Shown here piece by piece: positions 6,849-15,000 of a stretch of DNA of 46,529 nt (position 1 is its first letter; every line of letters begins with the position of its first letter). The notes below the pieces were generated by a model, which had not been told where the DNA came from, did no database searches, and worked only from the letters and a program-made list of their open reading frames with translations. The position numbers and the translations under genes are program-made. The stretch is taken from positions 1-46,529 of the IMG/VR virus record IMGVR_UViG_3300045988_058853; one strand, 5' to 3'. Source of the DNA: a virus.

Positions 6849-7682
6849 TTATAATTTAACACCCTCAAACTCAATGTCGTTTACCTTCATAAAGTCAGCC
6901 AGTGCAAATGCTTGTTCCCTTGTTACTTTGACTTTAAACGCTCTTACATAAACCTGTTCGCTCTGATGCTTGTTTTCCGGCTGTTTTAGCGGCTGTTGTA
7001 TCCGATTCAATATGTCTGTCAGCTGAGGCGAGTTTTGAGCCGTGGTGGCTTCCAATGCCTTATTAACGAGTGATACACCGTATTGGTAGGTATTGTTATA
7101 GTCCAACGTATCTTGATATCGGTCAATTATAGCCATGTAGCAAGGTTCACCCTCAAAATGCTCTTTCAGTTTCTCGAAGTCAGCCGCCACCAGTTCAAAC
7201 AGTTCGTTAATCTCAGCCCGGACAATCGCAATACCTTTGTTCTTGTTTAGCCAGTTCGATTTAAAGCAACGGTTAAAATTTATAAGGTACTCGTTATGTT
7301 CGTCGAAATAGTCCCTTATTTGCTTCATCTTTGCGTCTTTTTCTTCCTGCTCAAACTTCTTAATCTGCAAATCTATGCTGTTTGAGGTGAGGTCTAACAT
7401 GGAACATGTGTCCTTAACCACATCTTTGAACTTGTTGAAAGGTTGCATGTATATCTTTTCGAGTTCGATTCGGGTATCGTTTAAGGCTTTAGACGATTTG
7501 TTAATCATTGCCCGATCTGCTTTTGCCTCTTTTATATCGTCCTCAGTATATGTTATACATTCATATACCTTCATCTTTTCTCTGACAATATCACGCATCT
7601 GAGAGACTCCCTCTATCATCTCCGACAGCTTTTTATCCTTAGTAATTAGCTGCAATTGGTTTTCAGTTATTCTATCTTTCAT
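6849..7682 (-). CDS. Hypothetical protein, DUF1351-like (recombination-module associated in other siphophages)
   Basis: 277 aa, helical. The N-terminal pattern (EKMKVYECITYTEDDIKEAKADRAMINK...LNDTRIELEK) recalls DUF1351; memory-based only. Confidence 0.4.
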   Translation of the reverse strand: MKDRITENQLQLITKDKKLSEMIEGVSQMRDIVREKMKVYECITYTEDDIKEAKADRAMINKSSKALNDTRIELEKIYMQPFNKFKDVVKDTCSMLDLTSNSIDLQIKKFEQEEKDAKMKQIRDYFDEHNEYLINFNRCFKSNWLNKNKGIAIVRAEINELFELVAADFEKLKEHFEGEPCYMAIIDRYQDTLDYNNTYQYGVSLVNKALEATTAQNSPQLTDILNRIQQPLKQPENKHQSEQVYVRAFKVKVTREQAFALADFMKVNDIEFEGVKL

Positions 7683-7724
7683 TTTATGCTATCCGGTTGA
7701 CCTGTACACCGGAAGGTTTTAATG

Positions 7725-8135
7725 TTAGTGTAATGGTCTAAAAACAACGGTTATTTCTGATCCGTTTAATTGCTGAGAGTGTCGAAGAACACCGTCTTTC
7801 GGGTGGTACTGAATGGTTTCTTTGTTATAGCTATCAATGTGGTAAATGATAAAGCCGTAAATATCCATTTCAGTAGAGGTAACTTTCAGATAATTCACAT
7901 GTCCCATTGAATATACCTTAACGTAGTCCGACGTTAACTCTACCTTATCCCAAACATATAAGGCTACATTCGTTGTACACTCACCCTCTACGTACACCGT
8001 TTGCCACTCCGGTACTATAACCGAATAATTAGTTTCATACTTCGTTTCTTCATCGCCACAAGACGAAAGAAAAGCGGCAATAGCCATCAAACACAAACCT
8101 ACTAAAACACTGAACAAATAACTTGAAGTTTTCAT
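7725..8135 (-). CDS. Phage lipoprotein with an acidic post-Cys segment (putative surface-exposed; candidate superinfection exclusion)
   Basis: MKTSSYLFSVLVGLCLMAIAAFLSSC-GDEET: signal peptide, lipobox LSSC, then D-E-E at +2..+4. Confidence 0.7.
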   Translation of the reverse strand: MKTSSYLFSVLVGLCLMAIAAFLSSCGDEETKYETNYSVIVPEWQTVYVEGECTTNVALYVWDKVELTSDYVKVYSMGHVNYLKVTSTEMDIYGFIIYHIDSYNKETIQYHPKDGVLRHSQQLNGSEITVVFRPLH

Positions 8136-8158
8136 AATTGATTAATTTTTAAAATTGA

Positions 8159-8848
8159 TTACTTATTGATTAATTTATAGAACTTATCTTTTCCTTCCAC
8201 GGTCACTAATGTCTGAGAGCCTGTATTTTCGCCTCTGGCCCATTCCTTTAGAACAAAATACTTACCTACATATTTGGCTATCGGTTTTAATTTTCTTTTA
8301 GCATCTCTATATAAGTATCCATTCAATAACAAATATTCTATAAAGAAACGTTCAGAAACTCCTATCATCTTAGCCGTATCTCTTAGATTTAAATTACTTC
8401 CTCTTTCTACTAAAGTATCGAAATAATCGGCTTTTGGCTTCATTGATTCATTTTCCAATGCAAGAACTTGCTTTTGTTCCTCTGATAAAACTAATGCTTT
8501 CAAGGCTTCTAAATATGTCTGAGGAAGCGCAGGCACGTTTTGTCTTTCCTTTGTTTCAAGTTCCTCCCACCGGATAACGAGTTTTGCCCTCGCTTCATCG
8601 TTGAACTTTGTTGCTATATACAGGCATTCTGTTTTATTTAGCTTATACATAGGTTGTTCTCTATTCCATTGATCTACATAAGAGGTTAACGGAAATTTCC
8701 GTTGACCTATTTTTACCCAAGCAATCTCCATAACTCTAATAGCTTCCATTACGTCACAATGCCGTTTACCTGTAATTTCGGCAATCTCTTTTGAAGTCAT
8801 ATATTCACTTGCGTTTATAGTTTCGCCAACTTTAATAATGTTATTCAT
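8159..8848 (-). CDS. Rha-family regulator / KilAC antirepressor (paralog 2 of 5)
   Basis: N-term MNNIIKVGETINASEYMTSKEIAEITGKRHCDVMEAIR...ECLYIATKFNDEARAKLVIRWEELE. C-term KPKADYFDTLVERGSNLNLRDTAKMIGVSERFFIEYLLLNGYLYRD (KilAC). Confidence 0.8.
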   Translation of the reverse strand: MNNIIKVGETINASEYMTSKEIAEITGKRHCDVMEAIRVMEIAWVKIGQRKFPLTSYVDQWNREQPMYKLNKTECLYIATKFNDEARAKLVIRWEELETKERQNVPALPQTYLEALKALVLSEEQKQVLALENESMKPKADYFDTLVERGSNLNLRDTAKMIGVSERFFIEYLLLNGYLYRDAKRKLKPIAKYVGKYFVLKEWARGENTGSQTLVTVEGKDKFYKLINK

Positions 8849-8865
8849 AACTTTAAAATTACTGT

Positions 8866-9144
8866 TTATAATATATCCACTGTTAAAACCTTTTCTACTA
8901 TGTCGAAGGAATGATTATACCCGTCATTCTCTAATACTTGATAGATGGTATTTAAAATATCATTATCATCTGTCCCAATCGGTATTCGGGCTACGTGATT
9001 GCCGTAGTACGCTTGCTGTATGATCTCCATTCCGATCTCGTGAATAAGCCTACTTATAACCGGGTGTCTACGTACATATATCTCAAACGCTTCGTCCCTT
9101 GTGGTTATCAGTATCTTATCACTTTGCTTCTTAATAAATTTCAT
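8866..9144 (-). CDS. Hypothetical protein
   Basis: ATG start; 4-nt overlap with the upstream gene. Confidence 0.55.
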   Translation of the reverse strand: MKFIKKQSDKILITTRDEAFEIYVRRHPVISRLIHEIGMEIIQQAYYGNHVARIPIGTDDNDILNTIYQVLENDGYNHSFDIVEKVLTVDIL

Positions 9145-9392
9145 AATTCTTCCAATTCTTTAGTTAACGACTCTATTTGTTTTTCACACAACTCACCGTA
9201 TTTTAATTCGACTTCATGGAAGAATCGGATAGATAAATCGTTTCCCGTTCCATCAAAATAAACTTCCTCACAACCTTTTCTATACATAGAAACACGTGAA
9301 AGACTCCTATTTTGATATTGTGCGTATCTTGCTTTCCAAATATTAAGCATTTTCAAAATACTTTTTCCTTTTTCAATTTGTTCGATTGTCAT
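9141..9392 (-). CDS. Hypothetical protein
   Basis: ATG start; compact spacing. Confidence 0.55.
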   Translation of the reverse strand: MTIEQIEKGKSILKMLNIWKARYAQYQNRSLSRVSMYRKGCEEVYFDGTGNDLSIRFFHEVELKYGELCEKQIESLTKELEEL

Positions 9393-9407
9393 AGCTCTAA
9401 TTTTTAA

Positions 9408-9647
9408 TTATAATACATCTTGTTTAATATCTCCATTTGAAAACACATACGTTACCAATATGCAGCGTATATTTGAGTCGACCATTTCGTTTTCAAAGAT
9501 AGTCCAAAATACCGTATGCCCGAACTTTTCAGCGCATTCACGCTGTTTTTTCTTAATCTGAGTCAATGCACCTCTAATTGTTTTTGCTCTAACCGAATAG
9601 GTATAATTAGCAAAAGATTCTCTAAAATACCATGTTTTAATTTTCAT
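9408..9647 (-). CDS. Hypothetical protein (79 aa)
   Basis: The track ORF starts at a TTG inside cassette B. The first ATG (9647) gives MKIKTWYFRESF... Confidence 0.55.
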   Translation of the reverse strand: MKIKTWYFRESFANYTYSVRAKTIRGALTQIKKKQRECAEKFGHTVFWTIFENEMVDSNIRCILVTYVFSNGDIKQDVL

Positions 9648-9760
9648 AATCGTATGCTTTAATGTTACTACTTTGTTTCTTTCGACACTGCAAATATAAA
9701 TCAAAACTTTAAATTACAAAGCAAAACTTTAATCTTTAACACTAATTTAACGTTTACCCG
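9648..9760 (-). promoter_or_regulatory. Promoter/leader cassette copy B (-7 box TATATTTG = plus 9691..9698)
   Basis: aatgttactactttgtttctttcgacactgcaaatataaatcaaaactttaaattacaaagcaaaactttaatctttaacac; first promoter after the late-operon terminators. Confidence 0.6.
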
Positions 9761-9775
9761 TCTGAGATAAGACAA

Positions 9776-9808
9776 TAAAAAACCCCGCTACTTTCACAAG
9801 CAACGGGG
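9776..9808 (-). terminator. Rho-independent terminator (second of a tandem pair) at the end of the late/lysis operon
   Basis: Minus strand CCCCGTTGCttgtgaaagtaGCGGGG followed by TTTTTT. Confidence 0.65.
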
Positions 9809-9898
9809 AAAAATGAAAAATGATAAAAAATCAAATAAACAACAATTACCTAACTAATTAACCTATATTATATATCAATGAATAGAAATTTTCTTTTT

Positions 9899-9929
9899 AA
9901 AAACCTACCTATTTTCACAAACCAGTAGG
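9899..9929 (-). terminator. Weak terminator-like hairpin (first of the tandem pair)
   Basis: Minus strand CCTACtggtttgtgaaaataGGTAGG + TTTTT. The stem is only 5 bp. The loop TTGTGAAAATAG resembles the loop of the 9776..9808 hairpin. Confidence 0.35.
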
Positions 9930-10108
9930 GGATAATCACTTAATATTAACCATGATTGCAATTATTAACAACGCTTTGTTAATGATACGTTTGCTTCTAC
10001 ATAAAGACTTACCAATAAAAAAATGATTAATAATTTATTTATTTGTAATTCTCTGAGTGCAAATGTAGGCATTATTTTTATACCTGCAATAGCTTTAACC
10101 AACGTTAA

Positions 10109-10714
10109 CTATTTAATTATTGTAGTCACCTTTAAATCAAGTATTTGCGTATCTGGATTCTTACTGGTTATGATAAACTCCCTATACTTCACTTTCTTCA
10201 ATCTCCACCACAAGAAACGTTTACGGTGCTCTATGTTCAGTAACTCTAAGCTATCCCGGACGGTTACTTTACCTGCAAATACATCGGTCGGTTCTATGCA
10301 TCCTATAACATCGACCCATTTAGAGGCGAAATTCAAGCACTTTAATGTGTCAGCAACCAAGCTATCACGAATTATAATACTATCACGTAGAGAGCCGGAA
10401 AACACGCTCTCCGTTGACGTTTGAATGCTTGTATGACTCTTTAGGTCTTTGATACTTTGTTTCAAGTCCTTTATAGTGCTGTCTTTCCCCTGCAATGTAT
10501 TCCGATACTGGCGCAATGTGAGGTTTAGCTCCTCCGTTTTCATTGCTGATTTGCCGGACTCCGTTCGGTATGCTACATTCTGAGTAGTAAGTACACTTAC
10601 ATTCCTGTTCAGAATGCCGTTTTGCTCCCTCAGTTTCGCGTTATACCTAATAAGGCATACAACTATTAGGCAAAGGATAGAAAACGCTGCTATGGCTGTT
10701 ATTTTAGCTTTCAT
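10109..10714 (-). CDS. N-terminally membrane-anchored coiled-coil protein in the spanin position (putative lysis accessory protein)
   Basis: TM segment ITAIAAFSILCLIVVCLI, then a coiled-coil-like KLREQNGILNRN...LRQYRNTLQGKDSTIKDLKQSIKDLK. 4-nt overlap with the endolysin gene. Confidence 0.45.
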   Translation of the reverse strand: MKAKITAIAAFSILCLIVVCLIRYNAKLREQNGILNRNVSVLTTQNVAYRTESGKSAMKTEELNLTLRQYRNTLQGKDSTIKDLKQSIKDLKSHTSIQTSTESVFSGSLRDSIIIRDSLVADTLKCLNFASKWVDVIGCIEPTDVFAGKVTVRDSLELLNIEHRKRFLWWRLKKVKYREFIITSKNPDTQILDLKVTTIIK

Positions 10715-11106
10715 AGTTTCAATGTTTGGTTTTTTAAGTTATTGGGATTGTAAGATACATGTATCCAACTGAAATTCTTCTCGTCTATTAACTGGGAGAA
10801 ATGAAAGTTGTGCTTAATGATGTTGAAAAGACGTTCGTTCTCTATTTTGTTCCCTCCTGTCAGATCGACTGCCATTCCTTTCACGTGATCTGACGTTGCA
10901 GAACCTCCGACTGCCTTGTTTAACTCCGTACACCGATAGCCCGAATTGACCGTGATAGGTTTACCGTAAATCTCTCTAACACCGTCTAACACATTCTCAA
11001 CCAAAGCCGTTAAATTACGCTCAACCTCCGGTGTTGGGGTGTTATCTATCCCCTTGGCCTCAGCCGTAGAGGACTTTGTAAGTTCTTTAATCGTAAAATA
11101 CTTCAT
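10711..11106 (-). CDS. Endolysin, peptidase M15 family (VanY/L-Ala-D-Glu peptidase-like zinc peptidase)
   Basis: SGYRCTELNKAVGGSATSDHVKGMAVDL ... WIHVSY (H-x-D ... H zinc ligand pattern). Confidence 0.8.
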   Translation of the reverse strand: MKYFTIKELTKSSTAEAKGIDNTPTPEVERNLTALVENVLDGVREIYGKPITVNSGYRCTELNKAVGGSATSDHVKGMAVDLTGGNKIENERLFNIIKHNFHFSQLIDEKNFSWIHVSYNPNNLKNQTLKL

Positions 11107-11129
11107 AATCTAAATGTTTAAAGGGGGCA

Positions 11130-11630
11130 TTATACCCCCTTGTGAATTACTTGTTTCTCTTTCTCTTCCTGCTCTTCGATAATCTTTGACGCATGTTCAC
11201 CCATTAGCCTCTTAAACTCAAATCTAATGATGTGATAGATCAGTTTGAGACCTTTGTTGTTCGGGTATGTCATGCACAAGTTACGGAAGCCGTTGCATAA
11301 GTAGACGTACATAAACACATACGTGATTGTCTTTGCGCACATGATAGCAGCGTCTTTATCTCCCATCTTAGTTACCGCTGAGAATATCACTACTATAATC
11401 ATTATATACAGCAAAAACTCCTGCAAAGCCGATACGAATTTAAAGATAGTGAATCTTTGAGCTCCTTTAATTGACACGCTTACACCGTCCGCACGCATAC
11501 CGCAAATTATGTTAAACACGAACATGAACACGAGTGCCGTTAAGAAACCGGACGTAGGTGTCAAAAATGCAAGAATAGGGCTGCATGTGGATACTATTAG
11601 CAGCCTTAATTGTTCTTGTGATACTGACAT
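11130..11630 (-). CDS. Putative holin (multi-TM membrane protein with a charged C-terminus)
   Basis: At least 3 hydrophobic segments (ILAFLTPTSGFLTALVFMFVFNII; LLYIMIIVVIFSAV; ITYVFMYVYL) and an EEQEEKEKQ tail, immediately upstream of the endolysin. Confidence 0.6.
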   Translation of the reverse strand: MSVSQEQLRLLIVSTCSPILAFLTPTSGFLTALVFMFVFNIICGMRADGVSVSIKGAQRFTIFKFVSALQEFLLYIMIIVVIFSAVTKMGDKDAAIMCAKTITYVFMYVYLCNGFRNLCMTYPNNKGLKLIYHIIRFEFKRLMGEHASKIIEEQEEKEKQVIHKGV

Positions 11631-11632
11631 GA

Positions 11633-11992
11633 TTACTGCTTTTTAGTTAGTGCAAAGATATAGTTCTGAAAATCTCCAAGCAAAGCGGGTGTTTTTTCGT
11701 GTACGGGAAACTGATTAAGTTCAAAACGAGCCTGTGACATCGACAAAGTGCCCAACTTAACATATTGTTCCTGCATGGTAGGCGTGTTATCCGTTCCCGG
11801 GACTTGAACCATCTCCTTAACAGACACCTCAGCCGTACAGTGAGTAATCTGCTTTACCTGTTCCGGCTGCTGTACGATTGTGATTTGACCCTCAAACATA
11901 CCGTTTGCCGTTTCAAAACTATAATCCAAAATCTGTGTTTCTTTCGAGTACTTAACACTCTCCAAATCAAAAATAGCTGCTTTTGTTGCCAT
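11633..11992 (-). CDS. Hypothetical protein
   Basis: ATG start; 2-nt spacing to the holin gene. Confidence 0.55.
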   Translation of the reverse strand: MATKAAIFDLESVKYSKETQILDYSFETANGMFEGQITIVQQPEQVKQITHCTAEVSVKEMVQVPGTDNTPTMQEQYVKLGTLSMSQARFELNQFPVHEKTPALLGDFQNYIFALTKKQ

Positions 11993-12088
11993 AAAAATTG
12001 ATATTTAATTGTGAATGAATAAATTATTTGCCACAAAGGTAAACGGTAAGAAGGATAAAACCAACTTACCGTTAAAATTAATGTTATA

Positions 12089-15000
12089 TTAAGAAGGCAT
12101 ACCACAAAAATATGCAATAACTGCACAATCAAATAAACCGGAATTAGCATCGAAGGTTTTATACGTAAACGATCCCTGACTATAAGGTTCAATACATGCA
12201 CAACCCCATTTAGTATACTCCATAGGTTGAAGCATAATATATACATCTCCGGTATATCCGGTATATGTTACAGTATATCTGCCAGTCGATAGCTTTCTAA
12301 ATCCTGTGATATGGAAGTTAAAACTTCCCCACGTTTTGCCTATGGTTGCATTAGCAAGAAGTGAACATGCAAAAAACACTCCCGGTATCCGCACTTGATT
12401 TGCTGTCACTTGAAAGGTATCAACATTTAGTGAGCAATACTTTCCGGCAATCAGAGTGTTTCCTTTCCCTTGTATCTCTAAAGCAGGTTGGTTATCCCCT
12501 TTTTGATTTATCAGAATGCGACCCGGCTGCATCAATGTGTTATTTCCCTCTCCGGTGTTTGCACCCGACCATAAATCTATTTGAGAACTGTTTAAACCAG
12601 TCAACCAGTTTAGCGATACTTGGAAACTTCCGATACGTGCACCATTTGTTAAAGTGATATTTCCGCCAGTTAACCTATTGCCCGAAATCGACATGCCCGC
12701 AATCACCGCACCATCCGTCACAGTCAAGTTTCCCGTTGTTATCCTCTGCGCTGCAAAGCCATTCGCAACAACCTCGCCCGCCTCAATAACGTTGGCAGTC
12801 AAGCGACCGTTTGCGTTCAAAGCTGCCGTTTGCTGTCCTGCGTTGTTTTGAAAGAGGACGTTATCCGACTTCAAAACGATCTTGCGGGAGGTGATGTTTA
12901 TCCCAGTTTCGACCAGTCCGTTTTGGGTGGCGGTGACACGACCGTCTACTGCGTCCGCTTTGTTGCTTGCCGTTCCGGCTGTGGCTTTGGCATCATTGGC
13001 TGTGCCCTCAACAACACCAAGTTTAATGCTTGTGGAATCAAGTTTAATCTCAGCAGCACTCAGTCGATTACCTTGATCGTCTACCCTTTCGACCACAGAA
13101 TTAATACTGCTTTCTGTCTGAGTTACCCGTGAAGCAAGTCCGGTTACTTTACCGTCAACCTCTGTTATCTTTTCTACAGTAGTGGTGATTTTGCCCTCTA
13201 CGATACTAATCTGCTGTCTCGTATACTCCTTTGACTCATTTACGCCATCTTCGGGGGCGGGTTTCCATCCGGTAGCGGTGTCACCTATTTCGATCTGAGG
13301 ATTACATATTTTCATCGTAGTACCGTCACCGACTTGAATATAGAAACTTATACCAATATTCTGAGCGTTAACAATATCATTGGGAACTGTAACAGTCTCA
13401 ACAAATCTACCTGTATCAGCTTTTAAAGAAGTGGAATCGAAGTACTTCCACGAACCGATATAGTAATGGTTTGATGTACCATCCTTTAATACAGCTTCTT
13501 CCATCCCTATACGACTATTTCGACCTAAAACAAGGTTGCTATATTCATAATCAAAAGACAAAGTAACTTTCTTTCCCCTTAAATCACGCCAATACTTAGA
13601 CATGTTTATACGAAAATGATTCCCTACGCCAGTAATACATACACCCGATTTTAAACAGAGATTAGCACCACCAATCACACGCTTGTTCAATTGCGTAGTT
13701 ACAGATAGTTCGATCTTCCCATCAACAGCCAATATTTGAGTATCTGTGTACTTCACAGATTTGTACAACTGATCTTCGGGGGCTGGACTCCATGAAACAG
13801 GAAAGCTTGTTTCAAATATTCCAATACGCAAGTAAGTCGAGATAGGAGTGTGATAAGAACCCAATATGTATCTAATAGCCTTTGATGTAAGGATGAAATT
13901 GTTTCCTATGCTGTCATTATATACCGCCATGTACTCGCTTGTGCCATCAGTGTACTCGATCCGCAAAGAGATACTTCTTGTGCCATTAGGAATTGTAGCC
14001 GATGGAACAAAATGATCTATAAACACATAATACCTTTTTTGAGGGTCATAGGTTAAACCGAACATATCCTTCTTAGCTACAAATGACTCCTTGTGCAATA
14101 CCGATGGTAACATAAGAATTGTACCGTCATCATCATATCGTGAAGCGTATGTGAATCCCGCATCAACAATACGTTTAAAAGAGCATAAGTTCTTAAGTCC
14201 TACGTTCTTCTCACTTGCAGCAGGTATCCAACTGGTTACGCCTAAATTGCCATCAGTCAAAACAGCCCAATGTACTTTTGAACCGTACGTGCCATTAGGA
14301 AACTGAAAGAAATAAAGTCCCTCAGTAGGCTTATAACCAACCATAGTAACCTTTTTGCTTTCAACAACCATGTTCCCCTTAGTATTAAAATCTACAAGAA
14401 AATTTGTACCTCTATTAGAGTAGGCTGAAATATGTGTATTCTCGGATGATAAAGTATAACATACAGTTAACGTATATTCCTTTCCATTAATAACAGGAAC
14501 ATCGTAGTTGTAATACCCTATATTATAAGAAGCATTTGTAATTTCCCTAAACGCACCTTTTAGCAGGTTTGTGTCCGCTGTCTTTAAACTACGTACAGCA
14601 AGTTCAATCTTACCGGGAATAGCAGTTATCTCGGTATCCAAATACTCTTTCAGTTTCTTTTCCGCTTCATCTACATACGATTTAGCAGCGTTCGAAATAG
14701 CATTCAACGCTCCGTTACGTTTGTCGTAGTAAGCCGTTTGACTCTGTGCCAACTCCGGACGGACTGCAATATCCTCCGGTGTGGCTGCTGAGTGATAGCG
14801 TAGTTCATTCAGATAGTTATTATACGCCTCTGTGTATTCAGTTACAGGAACACCGTATTTGTCCGCATTCGCTTTTATTTGCAGATATTCAGCCTGTATG
14901 CGCTTCCCCTCGTCAATCAAAGCAGGTTTCTCAGTCGGTGAAATAAAGCCATCGTCAGCCCATTTATTAAGCCGATCTTTCGCCTCCTGCGCTGTCTGTT

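Noticed and set aside
9965-10072. 35-aa ORF (MPTFALRELQINKLLIIFLLVSLYVEANVSLTKRC) after the spanin-like gene as an o-spanin
   Set aside because: It has no lipobox Cys after the hydrophobic segment and no clear start context, and it is very short. It is noted only as a possible small membrane peptide.
11854-12246. Minus-strand ORFs overlapping real genes out of frame (11854-12246, 15631-15837, 36763-36987)
   Set aside because: They overlap the tail fiber, the 119-aa gene or the DUF3310-like gene in another frame, have odd composition, and lack independent start signals.
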